The notes under the pieces: model-generated
Databases searched by the model: none
What the model was told of the DNA's origin: nothing
The model's input: only the letters and a program-made list of their open reading frames with translations
Shown: positions 49,211 to 60,620 of the stretch, piece by piece
Layout of the letters: every line of letters starts with the position of its first letter
How positions within the stretch are numbered: the stretch's first letter is position 1
Position numbers and translations under genes: made by a program
Assembly (NCBI GenBank): GCA_040285855.1
Contig: JAUFOQ010000001.1
Span: 3,286,001 to 3,350,000, forward strand
Reading direction: 5' to 3'
DNA from: Eukaryota sp. GEM-RC1
Lineage: Eukaryota
Length of the DNA stretch: 64,000 nt

Positions 49211-50870
49211 ATGGATCCACTTCTCACCCCCTCCCAGTACGGGCTCTCTTAAGAAACAGAACACGCTTATTGTTCTTTCCATCATCGTTGTACTTTTTAG
49301 TATTGCGTTGGTCTTTATGGGATTCCTCCATTCTAATGCCATGAAGGAAACCATTCTTGAAGCAACTGACGCTCTTACATCTCTACCAAGTAGATTTCAT
49401 ACTCAGTATCTCACTAACAATGCTGACCAACAACATCGCGGAACGTGCTGGGTATGTCTATCACCATCTATACTGTTCTCAGGCTTTTGCTAGCATCGCT
49501 GCCCTAGAATCTGGTTACATGAAGTTTGGCGCCGAAAATGGATATCTCAAGGACAAAGAATGGGTTAAGTTGTCTGAACAGTCATATGCCATTGGTATTA
49601 TGGAGTTCTGTAAGAAATATCCTGAAAAATGTCCAGACACTCCTAAAATTGGTGATAAAGCCAGTGCCTCTGATGGTTATATCATTTGGGTGTGGGCCAT
49701 GCAAAACTATCTCCGTGACAAGATACTCCCAGATTTGGAATCCTGCCCCTACACCCCTGATGAAGGCCATGATCTCGAATGTCCTGGTAGAAAGGATGCA
49801 TTGAAGTCTAACCCAATCGATTATAAAGTCACTCTTGCAGACACCCTCTACACTGTAGAAGAGGTCAAAAGAGTCTCCTCAAGGATAAGTTCATCCCCAT
49901 CGTCATTGAACTAGCCTGGACTCCTTATTATGTTCCCTGTGAAGGTGATAACGCCGGTCTTAAGGGATGTGATGAAGAACACAGAGTCAAATGTCCTGCT
50001 GATATTGCTGCTGAATACTGCTTCGTGATCAAAACAATGACTGATGAGGAAGGCCACTTCTTCTACACCCACCGTCCTGGTCATCATATGGAACACGTCG
50101 GTGGCCATGCAGTAGGATTTGTTGGTTACAATGATGACTACGTTTGGTACTCAAGTGAAGGTGAGGAATACAAGGGAGGATTCATCCTCAAGAACTCATG
50201 GGGTCCTGATGTCAGCCACTCCGTCCGCCACTTCATGAACTACGGATCTTATAGATATGAAGACGAAATCTGTCCCAATGAACGTGCTTTCTCTAAGTGG
50301 GTTCCTTGTGGTAACAATCCCACTGGAGGAGATGATCTCTTTAAGTTGAAGAACACCACCGTCTTGAAATGCGCTGATGAGAAACCCGGTCATCTTCACG
50401 TAGTCTACTCTGGTGATAAAGATGGCAAGTTAGATGAAATCAAGAAGGCAGTCTGCTCTGAAGAACACCGCTACTGCATCGCTGATTCTCTTCCCCTCGC
50501 TGATGGTTCAGTTAGTGTTACCGTTAGAAAGTGGACAACTGATCCTAAAGTCTATGAAGAACAAACTCTACCCCAGATTCCACCTGTTGCAATGTCTATG
50601 ATTTTCCAGCCTGAGAAAGTTAATGTTGAGAACTCTATTGAGCACTGTGGTTATAACTTCTATCCTTATAAGTTATGGGAAGAAACTCAGAGTAAGTGGA
50701 TGAGTTGGGGTCTTGATCTTGAGTTTGAGTTTTCCCGTGCTTCCTATGTTTCTCAGAAGTCTAGTGCTAAGAAGGGAATGGACTATCAATTCATTGAAAA
50801 GGTCACCAAGACTATTCCTGATGTAGCTAAGCCCAAATCTCCAATCCCTTGGATTAGTGAAGTTTTTTAG
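49211..50870 (+). CDS. Papain-family (C1A) cysteine protease with signal anchor; 1 intron, 2 homopolymer indels
   Basis: QQHRGTCW|AFA (intron 49452-49482), GGHAVGFVGYND, ILKNSWG. Frame restored by A4->A5 at 49867-70; ATG 49211 is in frame if G3 at 49241-43 is G2. Confidence 0.85.
49452..49482 (+). other. 31-nt spliceosomal intron within the catalytic CWAF motif
   Basis: GTATGTCTATCACCATCTATACTGTTCTCAG; removal rebuilds CWAFA. Confidence 0.92.
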
Positions 50871-51709
50871 TTATAAGTAAGTTAGTTTTACCAGTAAATA
50901 AATTTTATTTGTATACATTTCGTCACATTCATAGATGTCAAGTCGGGTAATCACAGTGTCTAAATTATGTTCAAATATAAGTTTCTTGTGAAAACAATCT
51001 TGAAATACAACGGAAAGCCAATTTAAGGAAACCTCAATTTCAGTATATGCCATTACGATCTTCGCTTCTCTTCGAGACAAACTAGCGGGATTGTTTGTTT
51101 TTACAATTGCATAGTTTTGTAAGAAGGTTTCCTTATTGGGCGCCGAATAAAGTATTCTGTAACTAGCGGGAAATCTCTTCATGACAAACAATGTTGCGAC
51201 ATACCAGTGTTCTTTTCAATTTTTATCGTAAGAGCAGTGGTTGTAAGGTTGAAAAATGTCTGGTCCAATATGTTGAGAAATGAGATACAAGTATAGTACA
51301 AGTTTGGGTTTTTACATAAATTATTAACTCAGCATGAATATGAATACCAGAATACAGTATTCATCTACACTTCTGAGTTCTTGTTTTAAAAAAATGACAA
51401 AAAAATACTTAAGACAAAGTGAGTGGGGTACTATACTTTTCACTCGCTAAGTTAGCTAAGACTTACATTTAGTTTCTTGCTGTCTGTTTGTCTCATCAAA
51501 TTATCTTTTTAAACATACACTAGTAAATATATAGAAAATCCATTTTCCACACGCAAATCTCAACTATTCATGATTAATAGCCCGACATTTCTACTCTTAA
51601 TATGGAAGCCATTAACAGCCGTACTTCTTAGAGGAAATACAGTACCATTATCATTGTAACAATGTCATTAGAAAAAGAATACAACTATATTAAACAACAA
51701 TCACATCAA

Positions 51710-53981
51710 TCAAACACGTTCCACTTTCCATTCATGATTTTGACACCAAACTGTCATTCCAAAAACAAAATTACTAGGAATATCAGTACTAAAAGTAGTT
51801 GTACAAGTAGAAGGTTTGAAGTGAGCTTTACCATTACAAAAACTGACAGTAATTGATTCTCCTTTGGTAATTGTAGGGAAACTTGATTCTGAAGGGGAGG
51901 AAAATCCTATACTGCAGGTACCCTTTGTACGAATACAAGGACCGGGATTAGAACCATTCTGAAGACTACCTCCTTCTTTCCAGCCAATAAAGTCACTGTA
52001 GTTATTCCCAAGACCATCTAACCTTGTAAATTTAACAGAACAATCTTCTAAAAGAATAACTTCTACAAAACTCTTGGCATCACCATTGAAACCATTCTTT
52101 TTAACAACAGTATTGGTATTTGATAAGGAAAGTTTTGAACCACAATTATTCCTGTTGAATAAATTCTTACTCAGTTCAATTCTTTTCCTTTCATTCTCTT
52201 CATGGATCTGAATCAAAGGTATCACAGACTCCCTTAGGGACCTTAATTCATGGTTAAGAAATATCACCTCTTTACTTAGATCAACCTCTTTTTGTTTTAC
52301 TTCCTTCACCTCTTTACTTAGAACCACTTCTTGTTGTTTTACTTCATTCAGCTCTGTTTTTAAGGCAACAACTTGTTGTTTAACTTCCTTTAGTTCCTGG
52401 TTATGTTGATTCAAAGTACCTAAAGACTGATGTAATAATCTTGCGTTTAGAAGAGATGAGAGTCGTGCATCAGTAGTCAACTTTGAGAGAATATTTAAAA
52501 TTTCAATATTGTGTGCACTTGTCTCCAAAATCAACAACTAGTATTTCATCTTCAAAATTCTTGACTGTCCATAATTCGGTTTCTTTCCATGTTTTGACAA
52601 AACAACTTATGAGAAAATTGCTGGGGTAAGATAAGGATGATTGAAATTCTTTAAAAGATCACTTGCTTCAATTATCAAAGATAAATTCTGAACTAAAAAA
52701 CCGATATTTAAAATTTTCAATCTTCTATAATTCAAACAACTTTGAGATAAACACCACAAGAACCATTCATCAGGGATGACGTGGACATTTTGAACCCCCT
52801 GAAAGACTTTCATTGACCAAGTTAATAGGAATTGACAAAGGTAATTCTGATCAAACAATGGACGTAAACTGGTATAAATATCATTGATATTTTGATCATT
52901 CACAACGATTTTTTCAAATATTTGACTCAAAGTATGATAGTCCTCTTCAAAAACTTCACTGGTGATGGATAAAATTAAACATTGCAATAACCAAGAATTT
53001 GACACAACCTCAATCAGAAGAAAAATGAATGGAAGATCAAAAGTGCAAGGAGAAGGTAGATCTTGATTGCTGTCTAATTTCCCAAAGAGATTCAAATTTT
53101 CCCTCAGAAAATTTAACAGATTTCGTTCTGAAATAGTTTTCAATAAACCAAGTATATCTCTCGTTGAAGTTAGAGATGAAACAAATGAGTTACAAGTTTC
53201 CTTCAGTTTCTCTACAGAAAAGTATGTCGACAATTGATAGAAATCAACGACATTATTTAAATCAAGAATGAATGATTCTCCGAGGAAATACTTGAAAAAG
53301 GTCACAAAATTTGAGATGGAAACACCAGTCAACTGTTTGCTGTAATTAAACTTTCGTACTTTTGAGTCCGCAAAATTCAAACAGAACAGATTTTTAAAAT
53401 ATTCAGAACAAGAAATCAAAACCAAAGAGCTAATGGTTAGAGATTTATCCTTATAGGACAACAAAACATCTCGCTGAACACCTGATTTAATAATTTGTAA
53501 GACTTCTTCAGACTTCAACTGAAGACGACGTGATTTGGAAAATCCTTCAGACATAACCTTCTGGATGGGATCTTTCAAAGAGGAAAGTTGAAGAGCAGAA
53601 CATAAGGCGAGAACAGAACCAATGTTGTCAAAAGTAATGTGCAAGGGCTGACCATAAAAGTAGTCAAGGATTTCGAAGAAGATATTGGCATCGGGAACAA
53701 TAAACTCTAGTTGGGGGAAGTTTACTTCAGGATCGGAGCTGAGTAGCTTTTCTTTCCAAAACTGGACTGAAGGAAGAGAGAAAAGAAGAGTGACAAGGAT
53801 AGGATTGACCGTGGAAGACGATAACGCTGTCCGTAAGAAATTCCTTTTGTTTGTTGTTGTAAAATTGGGAAACGATGTTAACAGGATCAGATAGAACTTT
53901 TACTTGGGGTTTAATAGTCGAAGTCCCTGCGCGAAAAGCTTTAGGAGCAGCAGGTCGAGGAAAAAGGTTAGTTCTGGCCAT
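51710..53981 (-). pseudogene. Tandem-BTB + coiled-coil + SPRY-like paralog, disrupted
   Basis: Three ORF pieces paralogous to 24580; +1 base near 53757, a ~40-nt deletion near 52615 relative to paralogs, and a further shift near 52525. Confidence 0.7.
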
Positions 53982-54055
53982 TGTGAACAGAATGGGTGTG
54001 GCTATTTTTGTACCAACAACTAGAACCTTGTTGAAATGATTTTCATTTCAAATTA

Positions 54056-54151
54056 AGCCCCTTTTGAACGTTTTTTATTAAATTCGAAAAAACGTAAAAA
54101 ACGATAAAAAACGTCGTTTTTTATTTTTGATCAACGTTTTTTACAAGCCTG
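54056..54151. mobile_element. Solo right end of the 40750-41252 MITE family
   Basis: gccccttttgaacgtttttt...aacgttttttacaagcctg matches 41223-41250. Confidence 0.65.
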
Positions 54152-54214
54152 CTCCATACGCGCACGTGCGGAATACGTGCGGCAACTGAATGACACGTTC
54201 GCATTTCGAACTAT

Positions 54215-54550
54215 GGTTTCATCTCTTTCTTCTACTAGAGATATGCTCGGTTTGTTGAAAACTATTTCAGAACGAAATCTTTCAAATATTCTGAGAGGAA
54301 ATTTAAGTCTCTTAGGTGTCGAGATTTCATTTCTTCCTTCCCCTTCCATCTTCCATTTATTCTTCTTCTAATTGAAGTGGTGTCAAATTCTTGGTTGTTG
54401 CAGTGGTTAACTTTATCAATCACCAATGAAGTTTTTGAAGAAAACTACCATATTTTGAGTCAAATATTGGTGAAAATCGTTGTAAATGACCAATATATCA
54501 ATCGAATTTATACTTGCTTACGTGCATTATTTGATCAGAATTACCTTTGT
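54215..54550 (+). pseudogene. Internal fragment of the BTB gene family, inverted relative to its neighbour
   Basis: VSSLSSTRDMLGLLKTISERNL..; VSNSWLLQWLTLSITNEVFEE..LFDQNYLC. Confidence 0.85.
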
Positions 54551-55310
54551 TCACTGAACAGAATTGTTCGAAATGAATCATTTCAAATGATGCTTTTTCT
54601 TCGACTTTGCTGATTCGTCTCTAATAGCCGATCTGATCTCCAACCTGTTATACATTATCAGTTTTATAATCATTCTCGGTTAGGTTACTTGAAACTGTGG
54701 GACCAATTACAAAGATTTTTCAGTTGTGAGAATCCAAAGTATGGTATGTGGTAGAAATATGTTTATGAGTTCAGTGCAGGCTTACAACTGTGTGAACTAA
54801 ACCAAGCTGATGACCTGTGTAAAGTTCATCGTTGTTTCATAAATCAATTTAGAACAATACAATCGGTCCACTGTTCCCCATTGTAAGATGCCCAGCAATC
54901 CACAAATACTTTACACTTATAGTAAGTTTTATTACGCATTTTTATAGGACTCTTCCATCCATTCTTATTATGAGTCACCTCCCCACAACAATCGGGTTCC
55001 TGTGTTTTTAATGATATATCAAGTTTTAGATTTTTTAGTATATATCATTTATAAAAGACATTTAAAAAGATGAGTTTTGTAAAAAAATTCAATTTGACTC
55101 AAAAACCAACTTCTGACTAACTTTCTGTGATCGTAAATAACCAAATAAGTCAGTGCAGTGGTAATTATTACGAATCAAACACAAACCGAAATTGTTAACC
55201 AAAGTCTGGGCGACACAGTCCCATCAGTTCAAGGTAGTTAGCGAACTAAACAATCCTACTCTACTTATTCCTCTTGCATGACTAAAAGACTGACTAAAAA
55301 TATTTACAAT

Positions 55311-55975
55311 TTATTTAGAATTTCTTTTCACACCACTTTTTGGTCTAACATTATCCTGCAAGAGGTTCCTAGATCTTGGAGCTCTATTGTAAACTCTCTC
55401 ATGCCAAGTAGGTAAAGACTGAGAACGATTAGTCCATTCACTTTCAAACACATCTCTATCTTTCTCATCCATATTCTCCATTACACAAGTGCTTTGTTCA
55501 CGGCCTTCACGATCACGAGACTTAATGTACTTCATTGTTTTGTCTCCAAGGGTACGATACTCCTCTGTCTGAGAAAGACCATTTCTGGAGTCATGATAGC
55601 TACGGGAAACGTGCTTGATGCCACCTGGGCCAGTGCTGGTGGTTACAGAGTGTGAGTATTGAACATGGGAACTCTCACCAGGAGTAATGTCAAAATCAGA
55701 GTCAAAGAATTGAGACAAGCGACCAAAAGCACCTCTGCGAGTACTTCTATGGGAGTTAGACTGATGAGAAGATTGATGATGGGGTTTGAGTCGTCTGGAT
55801 GTTCTACTTCAGGCTGATGATTACCAGAAGTGTTCACAACTCTACCAGAGTCATCAAGTTCTTCCACACGGACGTCAGATCGATGGTTTCTACGAGGGCG
55901 TCTATTAAAGAAGGGGTCGTCAAAAGCAGAATCAAAGTCAGAAAAGAAGTCGTCAAAAAAATGTCGGGAAAACAT
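55311..55975 (-). CDS. Myeloid leukemia factor (MLF)-like protein; one homopolymer frameshift
   Basis: FFDDFF..DDPFF N-terminus; YSHSVTTSTGPGG..YHDSRNG...RTLGDK..IKSRD..NMDE..FESEW. Frame restored by G4->G5 at 55781-84. Confidence 0.8.
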
Positions 55976-56234
55976 TGACTGGATGATGAATGTGGAAGCA
56001 ATTAAGAGTTTGCCAGCTCATCACTCGCTGGTTACTGCCACGTCACCATGTTTTGCTATAAAACACGTGTTTATGTGGTGGACACGAACTTCTACTTCTT
56101 GCATTGGCAGCAGCAAATACAAACAACAAAACCTCTTGTATTCAATAACTTTACAAAAGGAGACTATAACTTCATGTACAACTACAATAAACAATCAAAA
56201 AGTCAAGTCTTAGTTAAAAAACACAACACAAACA

Positions 56235-56933
56235 TCAGAACTTCCACTCAAAGGAAACCCACAGAGTACCCGAAACCACGACGACTTCAGCAACATCACA
56301 CTCAAAACCATTACTGGAAGAGACAAGGCTGTCCATGGATAACTCTCCATCAACATTCCACTTCAACCCTGTAGTTTTAACACTGCAAGTACCTGATAAT
56401 GGTAGTAATCCAACATTGCCAAGGAAACCAGGGATTCTGCTTAACACGTGACTACCTTCCCGTAGTACTTGGATATAGTTATCCACTGAGAGTCCAATGA
56501 TGGAAGAGAAGAATGTGGATTGGTTAATGTTGTTGATATTCGCAACAACCTGGTCCAAACGACCACCTAGAATTCCAACGACAACCAGTGAGACAGGAGT
56601 ATTTAAGTTAAGCTTTTGGATGAGCTGTAATGCCTTGGAGCAGTCATTTTCCATTTGGGAAGAGTTTCTAATGACTACTGTTCCCAGAGACTCCAACTCA
56701 TTTTCTACAGTGCATGAGTCTAAGTCCCCAATACAATAATGAGGAGTTAGGAGCCCAAATTTAGGAGAAGACTGAGCCAGAAGATTAACAGCACCGTCAG
56801 CGGCTATAACATGTAAGGCATTATTCCAGATGTATTGAAGAGATCCTTGAGAAATTTCATTCAGTATTGGCAAATCTGTAGCAGAATTCAAGATAAGTAA
56901 AGTGTACGGCTGTGGCAAGGGCAGTGGATTCAT
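56235..56933 (-). CDS. TPK1: Thiamine pyrophosphokinase; start may extend to ATG 56995
   Basis: LLILN, IAADGAVN, IGDLDS, QMENDCSKAL, GGRLDQ, VGLLPL, TTGLKWNV, VSSSN. Confidence 0.92.
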   Translation of the reverse strand: MNPLPLPQPYTLLILNSATDLPILNEISQGSLQYIWNNALHVIAADGAVNLLAQSSPKFGLLTPHYCIGDLDSCTVENELESLGTVVIRNSSQMENDCSKALQLIQKLNLNTPVSLVVVGILGGRLDQVVANINNINQSTFFSSIIGLSVDNYIQVLREGSHVLSRIPGFLGNVGLLPLSGTCSVKTTGLKWNVDGELSMDSLVSSSNGFECDVAEVVVVSGTLWVSFEWKF

Positions 56934-57567
56934 ATAATTGGAGTTAATGACATAAGTTGTTTGCAAGAATACTTTTGCAAAGGAAAAGTGACCATTGATA
57001 TCGTGAAATGACTAATTCGGCTTTAGAAACGTGTACTGTACGACACTATGATATGATTACAAATTCTGTGCACAATACCAGGTTCTTTAAAGCAACAGTT
57101 ATCCCATTTAAATCCAAAATTTGTTATAAAATAACAGTACTTTTAGTGCAGCGAATATTGTGGACTAAGAGTTCAGGCATTCGAAATGGACCTTTCAGCA
57201 CTTCAGACTCTTCAAAAACATATGTGAAGATGATCGTTTGGTTATGGATTTATGTTACAATAACCAGTGCCTACGTGTTGATGTATTTTCTGCGTTCTAA
57301 TGAATGATTGTCAGATAATATTCCTCTACTAATCAATTACCCTGATGCGAAGGCATACTTATGACTAGTATAGAACATGAAACAAAAGAAAACCGATCAC
57401 GAGGTCTTATGTAACAGTGATGGACTATCAACTTATGCATGAGTGTTTTCGACAACGTTACAAGGTCATAAGTCCAAAATCATAGGGAATATTAATGATG
57501 ACCTGTCAAGATCCTAAATACGTCAACACAGTCAAATTCACAGTTTGAGAAAATTGATAGAGTTTGA

Positions 57568-58439
57568 CTATAATCTTGACAAAACTGACTAAAATCTTGA
57601 CAAAACTGACTATCCTCTTGACAAAACTGACTAGAATCTTGACAGAAGTGGATATTTCCTTGAATGATGTCTTCACTTCCGTTTCATCTGCATCTGTCTT
57701 CATATCGTCCTTTGAATCCTGAACTTTCCTTTATGGGTTCTCTTCAAGAACCATGACATGTGTGACTCACAAATAGCAGTAGTGTAGATCCACTACACTA
57801 CTACTGTTAGGGACGTGAACTGCTTGCGTCTATTGTTGGTGTTCGAAAATGATCTTAGCTGTTAGGGGCTCAACAACTTCCTCTTCTGAAATCATCTGCA
57901 TCATGGTATCTTTTTTAAGGAATGACATCTGGTTATGTTTTCAGTTTATTCTCATTGTCTTAGCCAAAGTGTTGTATTCTTGATTATGATATAGCTTACG
58001 GAATCTGTATAAATGAAATCACTTAACAAGTTTTTTCAACGTCACCTGATCAACAGTCTTGAACACAGTTGTAGAGTTAACAACATCCATATTACATTGA
58101 ATGTGATTGTACTCAACAAAATCAGCAGTACCCAACTGAAGAACATGTATTAGGTTATGATCTTTATACAAATAAACACAGTATTCATTCGATGACACAA
58201 GCAAATAGATATCTTCAAGCATAATGATGATAATATATTCACGATACACATCTATATGGTCCTACCATCTTTTTTCTGGAAGACACAAACAATATGATAT
58301 CTCAGAGAACGCTGTGTTGTAGATCTCACACAACTGAGTTGTTTGATACACTCTACCTGATAACAAATTGAAGTGAGAAATGCGAAGAGAGAGTTGTAAG
58401 AAGTTGTCAAGATTTTAGTCAATTCTGTCAAGATTATAG
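57568..58439. mobile_element. Foldback/MITE-like element with internally repetitive inverted termini
   Basis: 36-bp inverted repeats (57568-57603 vs 58404-58439, 2 mismatches) built from ~21-bp TCTTGACAAAACTGACTA units. Confidence 0.65.
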
Positions 58440-58525
58440 CAAAAGTGAAATTGATAACACCATTTCAAGACTACAGTGTATCTTTCTGTTTCTGTTGGAG
58501 CTCCTCTTCTTTTGGGACACTTTGA

Positions 58526-59630
58526 ATGTCCTCTCATAAGTTTAATGCTAATGCATGTCTTTTTGTTGCCAACATCGCTGATCCCGATGAGTCAAAAATC
58601 CGTACTGTCTTCTCCAAGTTTGGACCAATTCTTCGTATCAAAGTTCTTGCTGAAAAGTCCCAACGTACATTCTACGCCTTTGTCGAATTCGAACATGGAC
58701 AATTTGTCGATCTTGCTTTGAAAGAGGGAAAAAACATTATTCTAGATGGGCGTCTCTTACGAACAGAGGCTGCCCAGACCAATACTACCCTCTTTATGTA
58801 TGTACATCAAACCTTCTAAACAAAGAGCACGATTAAATCGAAGTGTTTCTGACGATGATTTAAGGACCGTCTTCTCCCAATTTGGTCCCCTTGAAAAGGT
58901 TACACTCATCTGGGATCATGTCCGAAACTGCCATCGAGGCTGTGGATTTTTAAAGTTCCAATTTCGTGAAGATGCTATTCAAGCTCTGGCCAACATCAAA
59001 AAGATAAAAAAACCGTTTATTCGCAATGCTGTTCTTGAGTGGGCTTCTGAGAGAACGAGATCCAAGGATCAAAAAGGCAGTTCAGTCAGTAATGATGCTG
59101 AAGATGCTTCCTCTGCAAACAACCATCGGTCGTTCAGAAGGAAGAATCCCGAAGCACCGCCAATAGGATGTCAATCCCAGACAAACTTGTCATATGAACC
59201 TTCCTCTTGTCCAGTTGAAACTAACTCATTTGAAAAGAAATCTGCTTCTTTACTACATCAACGATCCACACCTCTACTGCCGACCTACCACCATCCTCAT
59301 TACTCAACGACAACATGGGATAGCGATCATCAACATCATAGTAGCAGTAGTAGTAGTTTGTTGTCTTTTTCTCTACCAAAATCCAGTTCAGAGCTTAATG
59401 TCTCCTCTTCTGTCACAGCTCTCCGACCTTCAGCATCTACACCACAACTGTCTTCAACTGCATCCTCTTCTACAGACTTCCTGCATTCTTCATCGGTATC
59501 ATTGTTCAGCTCTATTATAGATAGTTCTACTGATTCTTCATCTTGTAATTCAGATATCGATAGTCTTTCACTGGGACTTTCGTCCTTGGCACCTTCACCT
59601 TTTGATGATTTTGACAACAAAAGGTTATAG
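58526..59630 (+). CDS. Two-RRM RNA-binding protein with Ser-rich tail; 1 intron
   Basis: RRM1 LFVANI..FYAFVEF; RRM2 TLFIARL (formed by splicing 58798-58825)..RGCGFLKF. Confidence 0.9.
58798..58825 (+). other. 28-nt spliceosomal intron
   Basis: GTATGTACATCAAACCTTCTAAACAAAG; removal rebuilds RNP2 TLFIARL. Confidence 0.88.
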
Positions 59631-60530
59631 TATGTATATATTTTATTTTGTTATATATTTCTTTATGTTTGTGTTATTGTCATATATGAAACAGTCACCT
59701 AGATTGGTATATTAACTTTTTTGTACAGTATTGCATGTGATGCAAGGTCTGATGATCATTATACACGTGACGATACAGCACTTTTGACAGTATCAAATTG
59801 AAACTAACTAACTAACGAACGTTTTAAAAGTACAGTAACATTCATTTAAATGAATGAGATAAGTCTATGTATGTATGTAGTACTATGGTACATGTTTAGC
59901 TCTATGTGGATCTCATCTACATCACTATCATTATGATTGTGAATGTGATGAAGGTATGTTGTGAATCACTCTAATCAATTTTGATTGGTTTAGTGATTGT
60001 CACTGTGATTAGCTATTACTAGTATTACTAGTAAATCTACACACCAATGACTACTATAGTACACTATGACTGTTAGTGTTTGAGATGTACATGACAATTG
60101 ATCTGATTTTATGAAACTCCAATTACTACAATTGATGCCTGCCAAGGTGACTACAATGACTATACCAACTAATCCATGACACCCATGTACTAATCAAAAT
60201 TGATTGAAAAATGTTTTCACTTGGTATGCTGAAACTGCCTACAATCAGCTCAAAATGACCCTCAATCCGTCTCTCTACGTGATTTTTTTGAAAAAGTGAT
60301 TTTGATTGGTATACCAGATCTACTAAGAATCGACTGAAAGTGACCCACAATCAACGAATTTACATGATTTTCGATTAACAATCAGATTTTGACTCCCATG
60401 TAACTCCTCACCAATCGAACTTGAACACTTCTAATTGCTTGTACACGTCATCTACAGGGCCCTAGTACCCTATGTAGTACTCCAAGTTCCCAAAAAAGGC
60501 TCTAAAAAAATGACCATTTGAAGGCCAATG

Positions 60531-60620
60531 GGATTGCGTTTACAAAATTGTCTCCAACTCGAGCCGCCGCAAGTACATCACGCGGCTCCCGAGTTACAAC
60601 AATTTTTGTAAACGCAATCC
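60531..60620. repeat. 90-bp imperfect inverted repeat / long hairpin
   Basis: GGATTGCGTTTACAAAA..AACTCG AGCCGC [loop] GCGGCT..CGAGTT..TTTTGTAAACGCAATCC; perfect 17-bp outer arms. Confidence 0.9.

Noticed and set aside
50871..51191. 106-aa minus-strand ORF, vaguely MULE-like
   Set aside because: No ATG-led conserved motif; its stop abuts the protease stop; unsupported.
57568..57645. CRISPR-like repeat array
   Set aside because: Units are ~21-bp tandem repeats with no unique spacers, in a eukaryotic context with no cas genes.
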